DNA from: Ginglymostoma cirratum
Lineage: Eukaryota
DNA: 64,000 bases
Assembly (NCBI GenBank): GCA_024137785.1
Contig: JAHRHZ010000055.1
Coordinates: 7,506,608-7,570,607 of the forward strand
Direction of reading: 5' to 3'
A model generated the notes under the pieces. It saw only the letters and a program-made list of their open reading frames with translations, was not told the origin of the DNA and did not search any database. The position numbers and the translations under genes are program-made. Shown in pieces: positions 11,191 to 24,078 of the stretch; the first letter of the stretch is position 1, and the number at the start of each line of letters is the position of its first letter.

Positions 11191-12274
11191 TCCATCCAAA
11201 GGGAAATCTGTTCCAATCTTTAGTTCCTCAATGAACTATTGTTGTACGTGTACCATGCCTTTAAGAGAATTCACATTGTGCTGTGAGTATACAATGTTGC
11301 GACCCTGCCTGCCAGTTAGTTTGCCTGGGGTTTGCAAGTTGCATACGCTTACAGAAATCAGTTGGTTGCTAGAATGTCTGCTTCATGACTTACACGCACA
11401 GAGTTAATCAATCCTTGTCAAGAGACTGTTATCATTAACATGATAGCAATGGCAATACTTCTGAAGATCATTGATCTCTTCGCCTGATGAAGACTTGGGG
11501 CTTTTCTTCATATTTTATTCTGTCTGGGTGTTTAAAGATACAATGAACATTAATGTCAAGTTTTCAGCTTCCTCACCACTCTCCCACTCTCATCCCATGA
11601 TGCCTAGTTGGTGGGCATGGATAGAAGGTTTGCCATCTTACTTGGACCAAAATGTAAAAGCACAGTTGAAACAGGATAGAATTCCTTGCTACCCACTCTC
11701 CTGAGGTAGAGATCTTTTATATGGCACACCTCAAACCAGGAATGTCAAACCCTGAACATGTTGACCATTTACATTGAAATATAACAACATTTTGGCAGAC
11801 GGTCATTAGCCTATCTATGTTCCATTAATTGTTTTACACTGATCCTGAATCAAATAGCCTGTACCCCTTTCGTGGCTTGAATTCGTCCAGTTTTTTTTTG
11901 TTAAACCTTTTATGGCTTTCTGTCTCATTCCTTATATTCCCATGTAAGCCTTGGGTTACAAAGATATATGCCCACTGGTATCAAATGAACAAAATGTCTT
12001 ATTGATTTGAAATGTATCATACACTTCACATAAACCTCCTTACAGAATCTGTTAGTATAACCACAGGCTATTGCATTCAGTCCCTACAATCCTGGCTGGA
12101 TTAGACTTAAGGGCAGAGCTCCAAACTGGCACACATGCATGCGCAATATTCCAGTGTGCTCTTTTTCTGCAAGGGAAATTCCTTTCAACAAGGAGTTTGA
12201 ATTTGAAAGTTTACTGCACATGAAGAGGCCACCAGGCCTATTGTGTCTGGGCCAGTTGAAAAACGCGTCTAATC

Positions 12275-12530
12275 TCACTTTCTAGCATTTGGACTGTAAC
12301 CCTGCAGGGTTATGGCACTTAAGCTGCGTACGCAACCACCTTTTAAATGAGTGGAGGGCTTCAGTCTATTCTCTCCTTTCAGACAGAGAATTCCAGATCC
12401 CTACCACCCTTTGGTGTAAATAGATTTTTTTAACATCTCCCCGCAAATCTTTCTACCAATCATTTTGAATCTGCGGCCCTGACCTCTCTGCCAAGTAAAG
12501 AGGCTCTTTGCGTACAGTCTATCCAAGTCC
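12275..12530 (-). mobile_element. decayed CR1 fragment
   Basis: CTAGCATTTGG...CTTTTAAATG...GAATTCCAGATCCCTACCACCCT resembles the antisense CR1 at 13090-13330. Confidence 0.65.
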
Positions 12531-13004
12531 TTAGTAACTGAATGATAGTTATGCACTGAAATTCAGTATGTTTTTGTACATGAACTTCACCAATCAGCAC
12601 GTCTACTCTTTAATCATTAAGGTATGAAAATGGAAGTAGGGTTTTAGCTTCAGGAGCAAATGAGGTGATGAGGAGATGGAATCTAAATGATTTCCATCAT
12701 GAACTAGTAAAAACTTGTCTCACTTTATATTTTTCTGCCATTTTCAGGCTATCAGAAGAGATACTGAGCAGATATCAAATGAGGCAAGGTTTGCTGGTCA
12801 ATCTGTACCACTCTCATTGGTCCAAATAAAGAGCAACTCTGGTAAATCCTGTGGATACTCTCCAGTTTGGCTGTTGATCACTGGCTTGAAATACTGGGTT
12901 GAGTGTTTAGAGACAGGATGGTGGCATGTCTGAATCCAGCTCCCCCAGGATTAAGTCAGGAAGGGGAATGTCAGTGGTCGGACATGCTGCCCCACTGTCA
13001 ACTC

Positions 13005-14422
13005 AGAGTCATGGAGCTGTACAGCATGGAAAAAGACCCTTCGATCCAACTCATCCATGCCGACCAGATATCCTAAATTAATCTAGTCCCATTTGCCAGC
13101 ATTTGGTCCATATCCCTCTAAACCCTTCCTATTCATGTACCCGTCCAGATACCTTTTAAATGTTGTAATTTTACGAGAATCTGGCAGCTCATTTCATACA
13201 CGCACCACTCTCTGTGTGAAAGTGTTGTCCCTTTTAAATCTTCCCCCTCACCTTAAACCTCTGCCATCTAGTTTTGGACTCCTCCGCTCCGGGGAAGAGA
13301 CCTCGGCTATTCACCCTATCCATTTCCCTCATGATTTAATAAACCTCTATAAGGTCACCCTTCAGCTTCCGACGCTCCAGGTAAAATAGCTCCAGCCTAT
13401 TCAGCCTCTCCCTTTAGCTCAAACCTTCCAACCCCAGAAACATCCTTGTAAATCTTTTCTGAACCCTTGCAAGTTTCACAACGTCCTTCCAACAGCAGGG
13501 AGACCAGAATTACACACAGTATTCCAAAAGTGGCCTAACCAATGCCCTGTACAGCCGCAACATGACCTCCCAACTCCTATACTCAATGCACTGACTAATG
13601 AAAGCAAGCATACCAAATGACTTCTTCAGTATCCTGTCTACCTGGGACTCTACTTCTAAGGAACTGCACTCCAAGGTCTCTTTGTTCAGCAACACTCCCC
13701 AGGATCTTACCATTAAATGTATAAGTCCTGCCCTGATTTGCCTTTCCAAAATGAGGCACCTCACATTTATCTAAATTAAACTCCATCTGCCACTCCTCGA
13801 CCCATTCACCCATCTGATCAAGGTTCTGTTGGACTCTGAGGTAACCTTCTTCGCTGTCCACTACATCCCCAGTTTTGGTGTCATCTACAAACTTACCAAC
13901 CATACCTGCTTTGTTCATATCCAAGTCATTTATGAAAATGATGAAAAGCAGTGAACCCAGCACTGATCCTTGTGACACACTGCTGGTCCCAGGCCTCTAG
14001 TCTGAAAAGCATCCTTCCACTACCATCCTCTGTCTTCTACATTCGAGCCAATTCTGTATCCAAGTTCTCTCTGTATTCCATGTGATCTCACCTTGCTAAC
14101 AGGTCTACCACGAGGAACCTTGTCAAACACCTTACTGAAGTCCATACAGATCACATGACTGCTCTGCCCTCATCAATCTTCTTCGTTACTTCTTCAAAAA
14201 ACTGAATCAAGTTAGTGAGACATGATTTCCCATGCACAAAGCCATGTTGACGATCCCTAATCTGTCTTTGCCTTTCCAAATACATCTAAATCCTGTCCCT
14301 CAGGATTCCCTCCAACAACCTGCCCACCACTGATGTCAGGCTCACTGGTGAATAGTTCTCTGGCTTTTCCTTATCACCTTTCTTAAAAGTGGCACCACGT
14401 TTCCCAACCTCCAGTCTTCCAG
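13005..14422 (-). mobile_element. CR1/HER1-type LINE, 5'-truncated, RT and 3' UTR
   Basis: ORF fragments QGSVLGSLLFIIFINDLD..KFVDDTK..WQMEFNLDKC and LYRALVRPLLEYCV; frameshifted. Confidence 0.95.
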
Positions 14423-14429
14423 CCCTTCA

Positions 14430-15310
14430 CACTGAGGCACTTAGCTGGGCAATTAATAAGATCTTACGGGCCTCATCCTACCATTGCTGCCATTTTCCCA
14501 GTGGCAGTTGGGCCTGAAAACATGCATCATACATGACACAAAACACTGTGTGGCCTGCTTGCGGTGTCCCAAGTGGGAACTAGGTGAAAAATCCCCTGTG
14601 CCAGAGTTAGGTAATGCAACCTTGGGTGGGGAGGGGTTACTGCTGATGGGACTCCACTGCTCTTGCTGTTCTGTTCAGGGCAGACCATTTAGGACAGAGA
14701 TGAGGAGACATTTCTTCACCCAAAGAGTGGTGAGCCTGCGGAATTTATTACCACAGGAAGAAGTTGATGCCAACACACTGAATGTATTCAAGAAGTGGCT
14801 AGATGTAGCACTCGGGGTGAATGGGATCAAAGGTTATGGGGACAAAGCAGGATTAGGCTATTGAGTTGGATGATCAGCCATGATTGTGAAGAATGGTGGA
14901 GCAGGCTCAAAGGGCTGAATGGCCTCCTCCTGCTCCTATCTTCTCTGTTTCTATTCCTCATACACCCCTCTCCCTGAAACCCTGAGAAATCCGTCCTGCC
15001 ATTACTTACTTGTGACTTGGGCCATTCCTTGATCCTGGGCTTGAGGAGAGTGCCATTCTTGCAGCAGCCACAGCGGTATCAGAGGCATTGCCATCCAACA
15101 GAGTTGCCATTCTTTCATTGGCCATCAGCTTTCAGCAGGGATTCCTGGCAGGTCCTGGGTCCTGGAGAATAAGGTAGGCTGGTGGCCACTTAATTGCCTG
15201 ACTGGCATTTAATACCAGGTGAACCTTCACAGAGGAGGCAGTGCAAGACTCTTGTCAGTTCTCCAGTCAGCAGGTGAGACCACTGATGCCTCTGTAAAGT
15301 CCGGCCCAAA
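14430..15310. mobile_element. old MITE-like element with nested CR1
   Basis: Ends GTAAAGTCCGGCCCA (compare 2481-2493); internal CACTTAATTG and GCAATTAA motifs shared with 2040-2490. Confidence 0.4.
14678..14952 (+). mobile_element. CR1 3' fragment
   Basis: FRTEMRRHFFTQRVVSLRNLLP...FKKWLD followed by CR1 3' UTR. Confidence 0.9.
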
Positions 15311-15410
15311 TTCTGTTTCTGTCTGCACTGTTTTTGACTGACCCACTGACTGCTTCTGGCATTTCCGTCTTTTAATCCCAGATTTCCAACATCTGCAGAA
15401 TTTTGTAGTT
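15311..15410 (+). mobile_element. decayed PLE family-2 tail
   Basis: CAGATTTCCAACATCTGCAGAATTTTG resembles 1975-2000. Confidence 0.5.
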
Positions 15411-15435
15411 GCATCACCTCTTTCGCCTGTAGATA

Positions 15436-15549
15436 GTTCTTAATTTATTCGTACAGAGTTGTTATTACAAAGCTCTGGAGTGGGTGAGACTTGAACCAAG
15501 GTGTCCTGTCTCGAAGGTTGGAACACTACCACTGTATCACAAGAGCTCT
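15436..15549 (-). mobile_element. short tRNA-derived SINE-like element
   Basis: Reverse-complement match to 47115-47232. Confidence 0.7.
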
Positions 15550-15599
15550 CTTCTGTTTTATTTGAATGCTTGCTGAATGGCGTGAGGCTGAAAGATTTG

Positions 15600-15785
15600 T
15601 GGATATCGAGGGCATCAGTGGATGTATATGGTGCAAGTGCATTTTGCATTACGTCCATATATCAGTGGATGACATGGATCATGTAGGAAGATGGAGTTGA
15701 AGTAGAAGAGCAGTATAAACACACTGAATGGTGAAGGAAAACTGCAGAGTCAAATGGTCTACTCCTGCTCCTGTTTCTTATCTTG
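15600..15785 (+). mobile_element. decayed CR1 3' end
   Basis: GGAGTTGAAGTAGAAGAGCAG...CTGAATGG...AATGGTCTACTCCTGCTCCTGTTTCTTAT. Confidence 0.6.
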
Positions 15786-17505
15786 TGAGACATAAAGAGC
15801 TACAAGTAAAGAGTAAGGGCCAATATCAATAGAGGAGATGCTTGGCTGTGAGTTTCTGCTCAATGCAAAATCAAAGATTGTAAGTGACAGGTTTGGACAA
15901 CAAAAGTTTTAGGGGAGGCCAAAACTGCCTTTGATGCTCTAGTATGATCAAATGGGACAAAAAAAATCCTCCCTAAACAGCAAAGACCAACTGCATTTTG
16001 CCAGCTCCTTGGCCTTAATACAGATCAAGACATCTCATTCTGGAAGTGAAGCAACTACGTTACTGAAATCACTTCACGCGCATGCACATCCAATACTTCA
16101 ATATAAACGCAGGTCCCAGTCTTAGTGCCTTAACCTGCTTTAGCAATTGAATTTACAATATTAGAGTGGAGCTGCTCCATATCGGAAATACCTCCAGTAA
16201 CTTTGACACCAGACATTTATCAGGAATTCACTCATGATAAGTACACTTCTGGTAAGTCAGTTTGTGGTCAGACCCACATCCAGGCAAGTTTCACTTAAAA
16301 TTTTATTGTTTTTCCCTCCCTGTTCTATTCAAAGATGCTCTGACAGATGGTGATCAACTCCTTTCGGTAGGAGGTGATGAAGTCCTCAGATTTCTGTTAA
16401 AAATCACCGCAGTGCAAAGAATACAACTTTGCTTCAAGGCAAAACAAACAAAATGATAGTGGGAAATCTTGCCAACCAATCAAACAGTTAGAACTCAGAA
16501 ATACCTGTGGGTATAACAAATAGTGGTCAGCAGACAGCTATGAACTCATGCTGCCACCATTTTTATAACACGTAATACCATGTATTAACCAGCTGGGATA
16601 ACATACATAAAGCATGGGAAATAAAAGGAAAGCAAATTGCAACAGAGCTAAGGATGTTCTACTGTTTGCTAACAGTATTGAAGAGCATTGATGCAGATCA
16701 GCTAATCATGTCCAGGGAGAAACAAGACCATTTTAATCAGCCAAATCCTAACAATTCAGTTTTTCTTATAGAAGACAAAATTACAATGGAAGCATTACTG
16801 TGTTGCAATCAGAAAGAGAAGGCAGAAGGAAGTCAATTTATAAGCCGAAATCTATCAAATTTCAGATTTCTCTAAAGTCAACTCCCGGTGCTCTGACAGG
16901 AAGTGGGGCTGTATTGTCCAAGGTTGTGCTTGATGCAGGCTGACTTCAGTATGACAATGTTGCTTTCACTTTCACCTCTACCCCTCCTGATGCTAACGAA
17001 GGCTGAAATATATCTTCATGACTATCAACCATCCTGCAAAATTTTCCATGCCCAGCCCATGCCACCGGCCTCTGCTTGAACTTCACTGGAGTGGCCTAAC
17101 AGGTCAGCCTGAGGCTTTACACAACTATGTGTAAGCAAGACACTGTTCAGAAACAAAGTGTTTATTTATTTTAGTTAATGAAGACACATTCACTGATTTT
17201 AAAAAAGTTACCTTGTCTCTCATTTGTTTATAGGATTTGTCTGTCATTCCAGGCAGCATTGATCTACCAGCAATTCCACCGCATTTTGTAGATTCCCACA
17301 TTTTTCATCTTTAGTTCCGTCATAAACAAAGGATTCCCTCCCCAGCACCATGACTAACTGCAATATATTACTCAGACAGGCCTTGCTCATATCATCTGTC
17401 TTCTTTTTCCGATTCAATATTTTTGTGAAGCAAAGTTGAAAGGAGGAGAACAAGTTCAGAAACTATGACATTTACAAAAGAGATTTTGATGACTATGTTT
17501 ATACT

Positions 17506-17806
17506 GGGGCAGCATGGTCGCCCAATTGGTAGCACCGCTGCCTCACAGCACGAGGGACCTGAGTTTGATTCTAACCCTCGGGTGACTGTCTGTGTGGAGT
17601 TTGCCCATTCTCCCCGTGTCTGTGTGGGTTTCCTCCAGGTGCTCCGGTTTCCTCCACAATCCAAAGGTGTGCAAGTTAGGTGGATTGGCCATAGGAAATG
17701 CAGGGTTACAGGGCAGGGGTGTGGGTCATGGTGGAATGATCTTCAGAGGGTTGGTGTAAATGTGATGGACAGAATGGCCTGCTTTCGCACTGTAGGGATT
17801 CTATGA
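17506..17806 (+). mobile_element. HE1/V-SINE-type tRNA-derived SINE
   Basis: tRNA-like head, V-domain TGTGTGGAGTTTGCCCATTCTCCCCGTGTCTG..GGGTTTCCTCC, CR1-like tail CTGTAGGGATTCTATG. Confidence 0.9.
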
Positions 17807-18099
17807 TGTGTAGTCACATTCCATGCAAGCTTTGGTCTGGGGAGAAGGGTTATGAAGAATCTCGTTTCCACCATCATGTTGCACAATCATAGTTTCTCTG
17901 TGAATTCAGTATTCGTTGTATTCGTTTGTATTTAACCCAATTGAAGCATCTGAGAAAGTATTTGATTTTGTTTATGCTCTAGTCATTGTGTTCTAATTGC
18001 TTTCTTGCATACTGACAATAACCAATCTGATCAATTATTGATCTTTATTCTGGGGTTTGCTAAAGACTTAGGAAGCGCTGGGGCCAAGGCTGAAACTTT

Positions 18100-18430
18100 A
18101 GTGGGGTGCTGAGGGAGCGCTGCAATGACAAAGGCACTGAACTGCAGCTCTATTTGTCCTCTCAGGTGATGCAAGGTATACTATGGTGCTATTTGAAGCT
18201 GAGGAGGGGAAATGTTCTCGTGACCTGGTCATTATTTATCTCTTAACCAAAATCAGTCAAACACATTGTCTGATCATTTATCCCATTATGTTTATGCATC
18301 ATTTTTGTGTGCCAATTGGCTGACATTCAGAACTGTGACTCAGCTTTGAGAATGCCCTATTGGCTGTTTAGTTCTTTTGGAATGTCCTTAGCTTGTGAAA
18401 TGCACTATATCACTTCAAGGTCTTTCTTCT
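18100..18430 (+). mobile_element. Deu-domain SINE
   Basis: GCTGAGGGAGCGCTGCA...CCTCTCAGGTG...ATGGTGCTATTTGAAG...TATTTATCTCTTAACCAA. Confidence 0.7.
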
Positions 18431-19277
18431 TTGTCAGTTGTGAGCTTTGGCAGACAAGATTGTTGTACAGGTTTGGACATGGAAATACTGTGCCATCTCA
18501 ATCAGACTCAGCCACTGAAGCTTTTCAGAACAACACTTTGACAAGACCTAACAAGTGAAATTTATTCCTCATCTTTTGCTAGCAATCAACACAATGAATG
18601 TCATCCCATTATTCAGTGCAGCTTTCAATCCGGGTCCCAAAGATTCAATAACATTTTTCTTATTCCTGATGAGTTGCATGTCAAAAGACCCATTTGAAAC
18701 CTTTTCTCAATGTCTCATACGTTTTTTAAAAAATGCTTTTATTAATATAATGTGTGACACTGCCCGATTTTCTTAGTCACTGGTATGTTTGAAATGTATC
18801 AATTAGAACGTACACAGTTGTGGCAGTCCCTACTGACGATCAAATATAGGGCTATCCAAATTTGTATCTTTATAGGCTCCATTAAAGCAAGCTATGAAAT
18901 CTCAAGAGCCACATACAAACTTTAAAGTTATTTACCTCAGATTACCAATATGTATAGACTTTGCTGTACGATTTACCTATTAATAAGCCAATATTATTAT
19001 GTATCATCTTCTCCAAATTCCAAACAAGACAGAGCAGCAGATAGGAGTGAGTAACCTGGGTTTTGATGGTCAAATGATTAGAAATCAGTGTCAACTTTTA
19101 TAGAATTGGTTTGTTTCCTGTTTACTTGTTATTCTTCCCAGCCTAGGGTTTGTTTTGTAATTGAAGATCATGTGGAGTACTGATCATGATTTGAACTAAT
19201 GATCTTGACCGTCAACTCTTAATCAACTGTATTCAAGAGAAACAGCAGCTACCATTGAAGAGAGTTTTAATAAAAGG

Positions 19278-19457
19278 TGAAGTTACCATAATCCCGACTG
19301 ATTTATTAGAGAGAAATTATTGGAGGTGGTTTAACCAGAGGGTCTCCATGCCTCACGCAAGAGAAGAGGTTGAGGAGAGTCCTTCATAGCACTCTCAGCA
19401 CAAGTGGGAATTGAACCCACACTGTTGGCATCACACAGCAGCTGTCCAAGCTAACCA
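19278..19457 (-). mobile_element. tRNA-derived SINE (second copy at 43608-43730)
   Basis: GGGAATTGAACCC (antisense B box) followed by ACACTGTTGGCATC; the latter and the GAAGT.ACCA end are shared with 43608-43730. Confidence 0.6.
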
Positions 19458-20092
19458 GAGTTCAAATACATGTAATACTCTTCCTGTTTCAAAAAAAACT
19501 CCCTCTACTTTCTAATATTAAACAAATTTTAAGATTCCATCCTCACAGTAGCAACATAATTCAAAGTCAATGCTTTTCTTTTCCTTGGAATTGCAATTTA
19601 TAGCATTGAAGAGATTAAAGTGAGGATTTCACAGATTCAGACAAGTCAAATTCACAGAACTCATCTCAGGCAGGAGATCAATGAACTGCACATGTGTACA
19701 GAAAACCTTAAGGGCAGTTTGACCATTGCTCCTGAATTCACAATGATCACTCTCTTCACTTGAAGCTGTGGCCATGAGAATGAATCTTTAAGAGCTACCC
19801 TAGAGTGTCCGGAATAGACATGGGCTTGTCCATGTTTTACACCTGCTGGCTGAATTCTTTGAAGCCATGACTTAACTTCAAAAGATTTCTGGGCTTCTGT
19901 TTCAAAATCCTGTGAGGAAAGGGCTGACTGATGACGAAGAAAGGAAATGTTCACGTTTATCATGTGTAAATCATAAATGCTCTGGGTGGCTTCTTTTTGT
20001 GCAAATTTTGCAACCAACTTTCACCTCATCTGAAAGCTTTAAGCCACTGATCCGAGGCATTGCGTCCATGTGCCAAGTGCCAATTATTCTCA

Positions 20093-20292
20093 GTCAGAAG
20101 TCAGACGACACCAGGTTATGGTCCAACAGGTTTATTTGAAATCGCAAGCTTTTGGAACGCTGCTTCTTCTCCTGAAAAAGGAACAGTGCTGCAAAAGTTT
20201 GTGATTTCAAATTAACTTGTTGGACAATAACTTGGTGTCGTGTGACTTCTGACCTTGTCCACCCCAATCCAACATCGGCACCTCCACAACAT
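20093..20292 (+). mobile_element. fold-back PLE derivative (family 3)
   Basis: Inverted arms 20093-20170 and 20172-20253 plus ~40-nt tail; degenerate HHR in both arms; homologous to 49627-49792; possible decayed TSD ATTATTC. Confidence 0.8.
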
Positions 20293-20310
20293 GGTTCATT
20301 ATTCACGTAT

Positions 20311-20700
20311 CAACAATGTTTATTTATGTACCACCTTTCACATAGGGAAACATCCTCAAGGTAATTTACAGCAGCAATGGTCATGCCATACGTGATGCCA
20401 AGCTACATGAAGAGATGTTAGGACAGATGCCAAAACAGCTTGGACAAAGATGTAGCTTTCACAGACAGTCATAAAGGAGGCAACAGACTTAGCAAGTTGG
20501 ACAGGTTTTGGAGAGGAATTTCAGAGTTGAGGGCTAGAGAATTGAAGGCATAACTGCTAAAGGGTCATTAGAGAAAATCAGCGATGTGGAAAAGGCTTTA
20601 GTTGGAAGAGTGTAGAGGCGTTGTAAGATTGTAGGTCTGTTTGGATGGGGTTGTAGTGGCAGGGAAGATAGAGGACATGGAAGGATTTTAAAAGAGAGAA
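20311..20700 (-). mobile_element. L2-like LINE 3' end (probably continues at 24330-24530)
   Basis: Antisense L2-type end CAACAA..TTATTTAT.TA.CACCTTT...AAACATCCTCAAGG, then GAATTTCAGAG..GAGGGC. Confidence 0.55.
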
Positions 20701-20739
20701 GGTGAATGAACCTAGGGGTGAACAGCAGCAGCAGGATAA

Positions 20740-23700
20740 ATACCTGAGGATCGGGGTCAATCAGAGCGAACCTGAGGCTAAATCTAGGGGCGGAGCTCCT
20801 GTGGTGATGTCAAAACTCAAAAAGTGCCCTAGAACTGACAGCTCGGGAATCAGGTTTGGAGACTGAGTGAGTGGTGTCTGGAGAGAGAGATAAAGTACTT
20901 ACTTTTTGTAGTTGTAGTTTGAGGGACAGTAGAGAGGGAGTGAGAGACCGACATTTGGTGACTCATGGAGTAGATTGTGTAATCAGTTCTTGGATTATTG
21001 TCTGTAGTTGATAAGGTTAATTTAATCGATAAGGTTCACAATGGCTGGAGAACTTGGTCCGTGGAATACTCCTGCAAAATGTGGGAAATCAGGGACATTT
21101 CCAGTGTCCACGGTGACTGCATATGCTGGAAGTAGGTTCAGCTGCAGCTCCTGATTTTCCCCATGGAGTGCCTGGAGCTGCGGATGTACTTACTATGGTG
21201 TATCCATAGTGCTGAGAATGTCGTGGAAAGCATGTTTAGTGAACTGGTCGCACCATCAGAGAAGAGTTGGGTGACCACCAGGAAGATGAGTAAGTGTGGG
21301 TAGGCAGTGCAGAGGTCCACTGTGGCCACTCCCCCCCAAACAGGTATACTGTTTTGGGTACTTTCGCAGGGGTTTTGGCCTCTCAGGGGAAAGCAGCAGC
21401 AGCAGCTATCAGGTCAGTGGCACCACCCCTGGCTCTGTTGTTCAGAAGGAAGGGTCAAAGTGTAGGTGAGCAGTACTTCTAGGTGACTCTGTAGTCAGGG
21501 CACAGATAGGCATTTCTGTGGTCAGGAGAGAGACTCCAGGATGATGCATTTCATCCCTGGTGCCGGGGCCAAGAATGTCTCTGAGCAGGCACAGGATATT
21601 CTGAAGGGTGAGGGTGAGCAGCCAAAGGCTGTGGTCCATATTGGTACCAATGACACAGGCAGAAAGAGAGATGAGGTTCTGCAAAGAGATTTGAGGAGTT
21701 GGGTAGGAAGTTGAAAATAAGGATCCTCTAGTGTTGTAATCTTGGGATGTGCCAGCGAAGCTAGGAGGAGAATGACAGTATAGTTAAATACATGGCTAAA
21801 GAGCTGGTGTAGGAGGGAGGGCTTCAGGTATATGGATCATTGGGGTGTCTTCTGGAGAAGGTGGCACCTGTACAAGAAGGATGGTTTGCACTTAAACCAG
21901 AGGGGGATCAATATCCTGGTAGGAAGGTTTGCTAGCTCTACTCGGGAGGGTGTAAACTACTGGGGTGGGGTTGGCAAGCAGACCAATGGGTCAGAAGTAA
22001 AATGACAGAGGATGAGTCAGTGATTAAGGGCACTAAGACTAAGAGGAAGAACAGAGATTACTGAACACTGAGGTGTATTTGTTTTAATACGAAGAGTATG
22101 ACAGGTAAGGCAGATGAACTTAGAGCTTGGATTAATACATGTAACGATGATGTTGTAGCTATTGCAGAGTCTTGGTTGAGACAGGGACAAGATTGGCATC
22201 TTAACATTTTGGATTTTAGATGTTTCAGGAGAGATGGAGAGGGATGTAAAAGAGATGGGGAAGTTATGTTACTGATAAGGGAGAATACCACAGCTGTACT
22301 GAGGGAGGACATCTTGGAGGGTTCACCCAGTGAGGTCTTATGGGCACAGCTCAGGAATAGGAAGAGTGCAATCACTTTTTCCAAGGGATGAAACAACAGG
22401 TGAATATTCCAAACAGGGACGGGCCATACTAGACCTGAAATGGGGGAATGAGCTTAGTCAGGTGATCCATGTTTCAGTGGGGGCGTATTTCAGGAAAAGT
22501 GATCATAATTCTGTAAGTTTTAAGTTACTCATGGATGAGGATAAGAGTAGAAATTGGGTGAAAGTACTAAACTGGGGGAAGGCTAACTACCACAATAGTA
22601 GGCAGGAACTGGGAAATGTGGACCAGAAGGCAGCTGTTTGAACGTAAATCCATATCTGGCAAGTGGGAATCTTTTAAAGGCCTTTTAATTGGAGTTCAAG
22701 TCCACTTCCTGGGAAGATGAAGGATAAGGATAGCAAGATTCAGGAACCTTGGATGATAAGAGAAATTGAGAGCTTAGATAAAATGAAACCTGATCTATCT
22801 CATAATGCTGAGGGGGGCTGGGGGAGGGGGGACGCAGATGAGGTCCTTTTCGAAATCTTTAATCATAGGTGCCAGAGGAGACTAGCCAACATTGGTCCTT
22901 TGTTTAAGAGAGAGCAACAAGGATATTTGAGGAAATTATAGGCTGCTGAGCCTTACGTCAGTGGCAGGGAAATTATTGGAGAAGATTCTTAGAGGCAGGA
23001 TTTTACTCACATTTGGAAAAATATGGACTTATTAGTGAGAAGCAGCATAGTTATGTGTGGGGAAGGTTGTGTTTGACAAACTTGATTAAGTTTTTTGAGG
23101 AGGTGACAAAGATGGTTGATGAGGGCAGGGTGGTAGATGTTGTCTATATGGACGTTAGCAAGGCCTTTGACAAGGTCCCTCGTGGCAGGCTAATACGAAA
23201 CTTGAAGTCACATGGGATCTGCAGTGAGATGGTAAGATTAATACAGAACTGGCTTAGTCATAGAAGACAGAAAGTAATGGTGGAAGGGTGTTTGTCTCAC
23301 TAGAAATATGTGACGAGTGGTGTTCTGCAGGGATTAGTTCTGGGACCCCTGTTGCTTGTAATATATATTTTATAGGGACCTTTGCATACAGGTCCGCAGT
23401 TCCCTCAAAGTGGCAACTCAAGTGGATGATGTGGTCAAGAAGGCATATAGCATGTTTGCCTTCATCAGTCAGGTCATGAAGAATAAAAATTGGCTAGTTA
23501 TGTTGTAGCTGTTTAGAACTTTAGTTAGGCCACAGTTAGAAGATTGTGTACAGTTTTGATTGCCACACTATCAGAAGGATGTGGAGGCTTTGGACAGGGT
23601 ACAGAGATGGTTTACCAGGACGTTGCCTGGTTTGGAGGGCATTAGCTATGAGAAGAGAGCAGACAAACTTGGTTTGTTTTTACTTGAACACCAAAGGATG

Positions 23701-24078
23701 AGGGGTGACCTGATAGATGTTTACAAATTTATGAGAGGCATGGATAGAATAGACAGCTGGAGTATTTATCCCTGGGTTAGAAACGTCAATTACTTAGGGG
23801 CATAGGTTTAAGGTGAAAGAAGGAAAGTTGTGAGACAGGAGAGACATGTTTTTTACACAGAGGATGGTAAGTGCCTGGAGTGTGCTGCCAGAAGAGGTGA
23901 TGGAGGCAGGTACGATAGCAACATTTAAGAGTCATCTTGACAGATATATGAATAGGCAGGGAACAGTGGGATATGGACTGCATGGAGGCAAAAGGTTTTT
24001 AGTTTGGAAAGGCACCATGTGTTGACACAGATTTGGTGGGCCAAAGGGCCTGTTCCTGTGCTGTACTGTTCTTTGTTC
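20740..24078 (+). mobile_element. near-full-length decayed CR1 LINE (ORF1 esterase, ORF2 APE-RT)
   Basis: ORF1 Cys/Leu-rich N-terminus near 21041; SGNH motifs GDS (21482), HIGTND, DGLH (21880); APE DVVAIAESWL and SDHN; RT DVVYMDVSKAFDKVP and GVLQGLVLGPLL; YADD region deleted; many stops and frameshifts. Confidence 0.93.

Noticed and set aside
19661-20017. 118-aa minus-strand ORF with an internal acceptor-like site
   Set aside because: Weak donor and an unrecognised peptide
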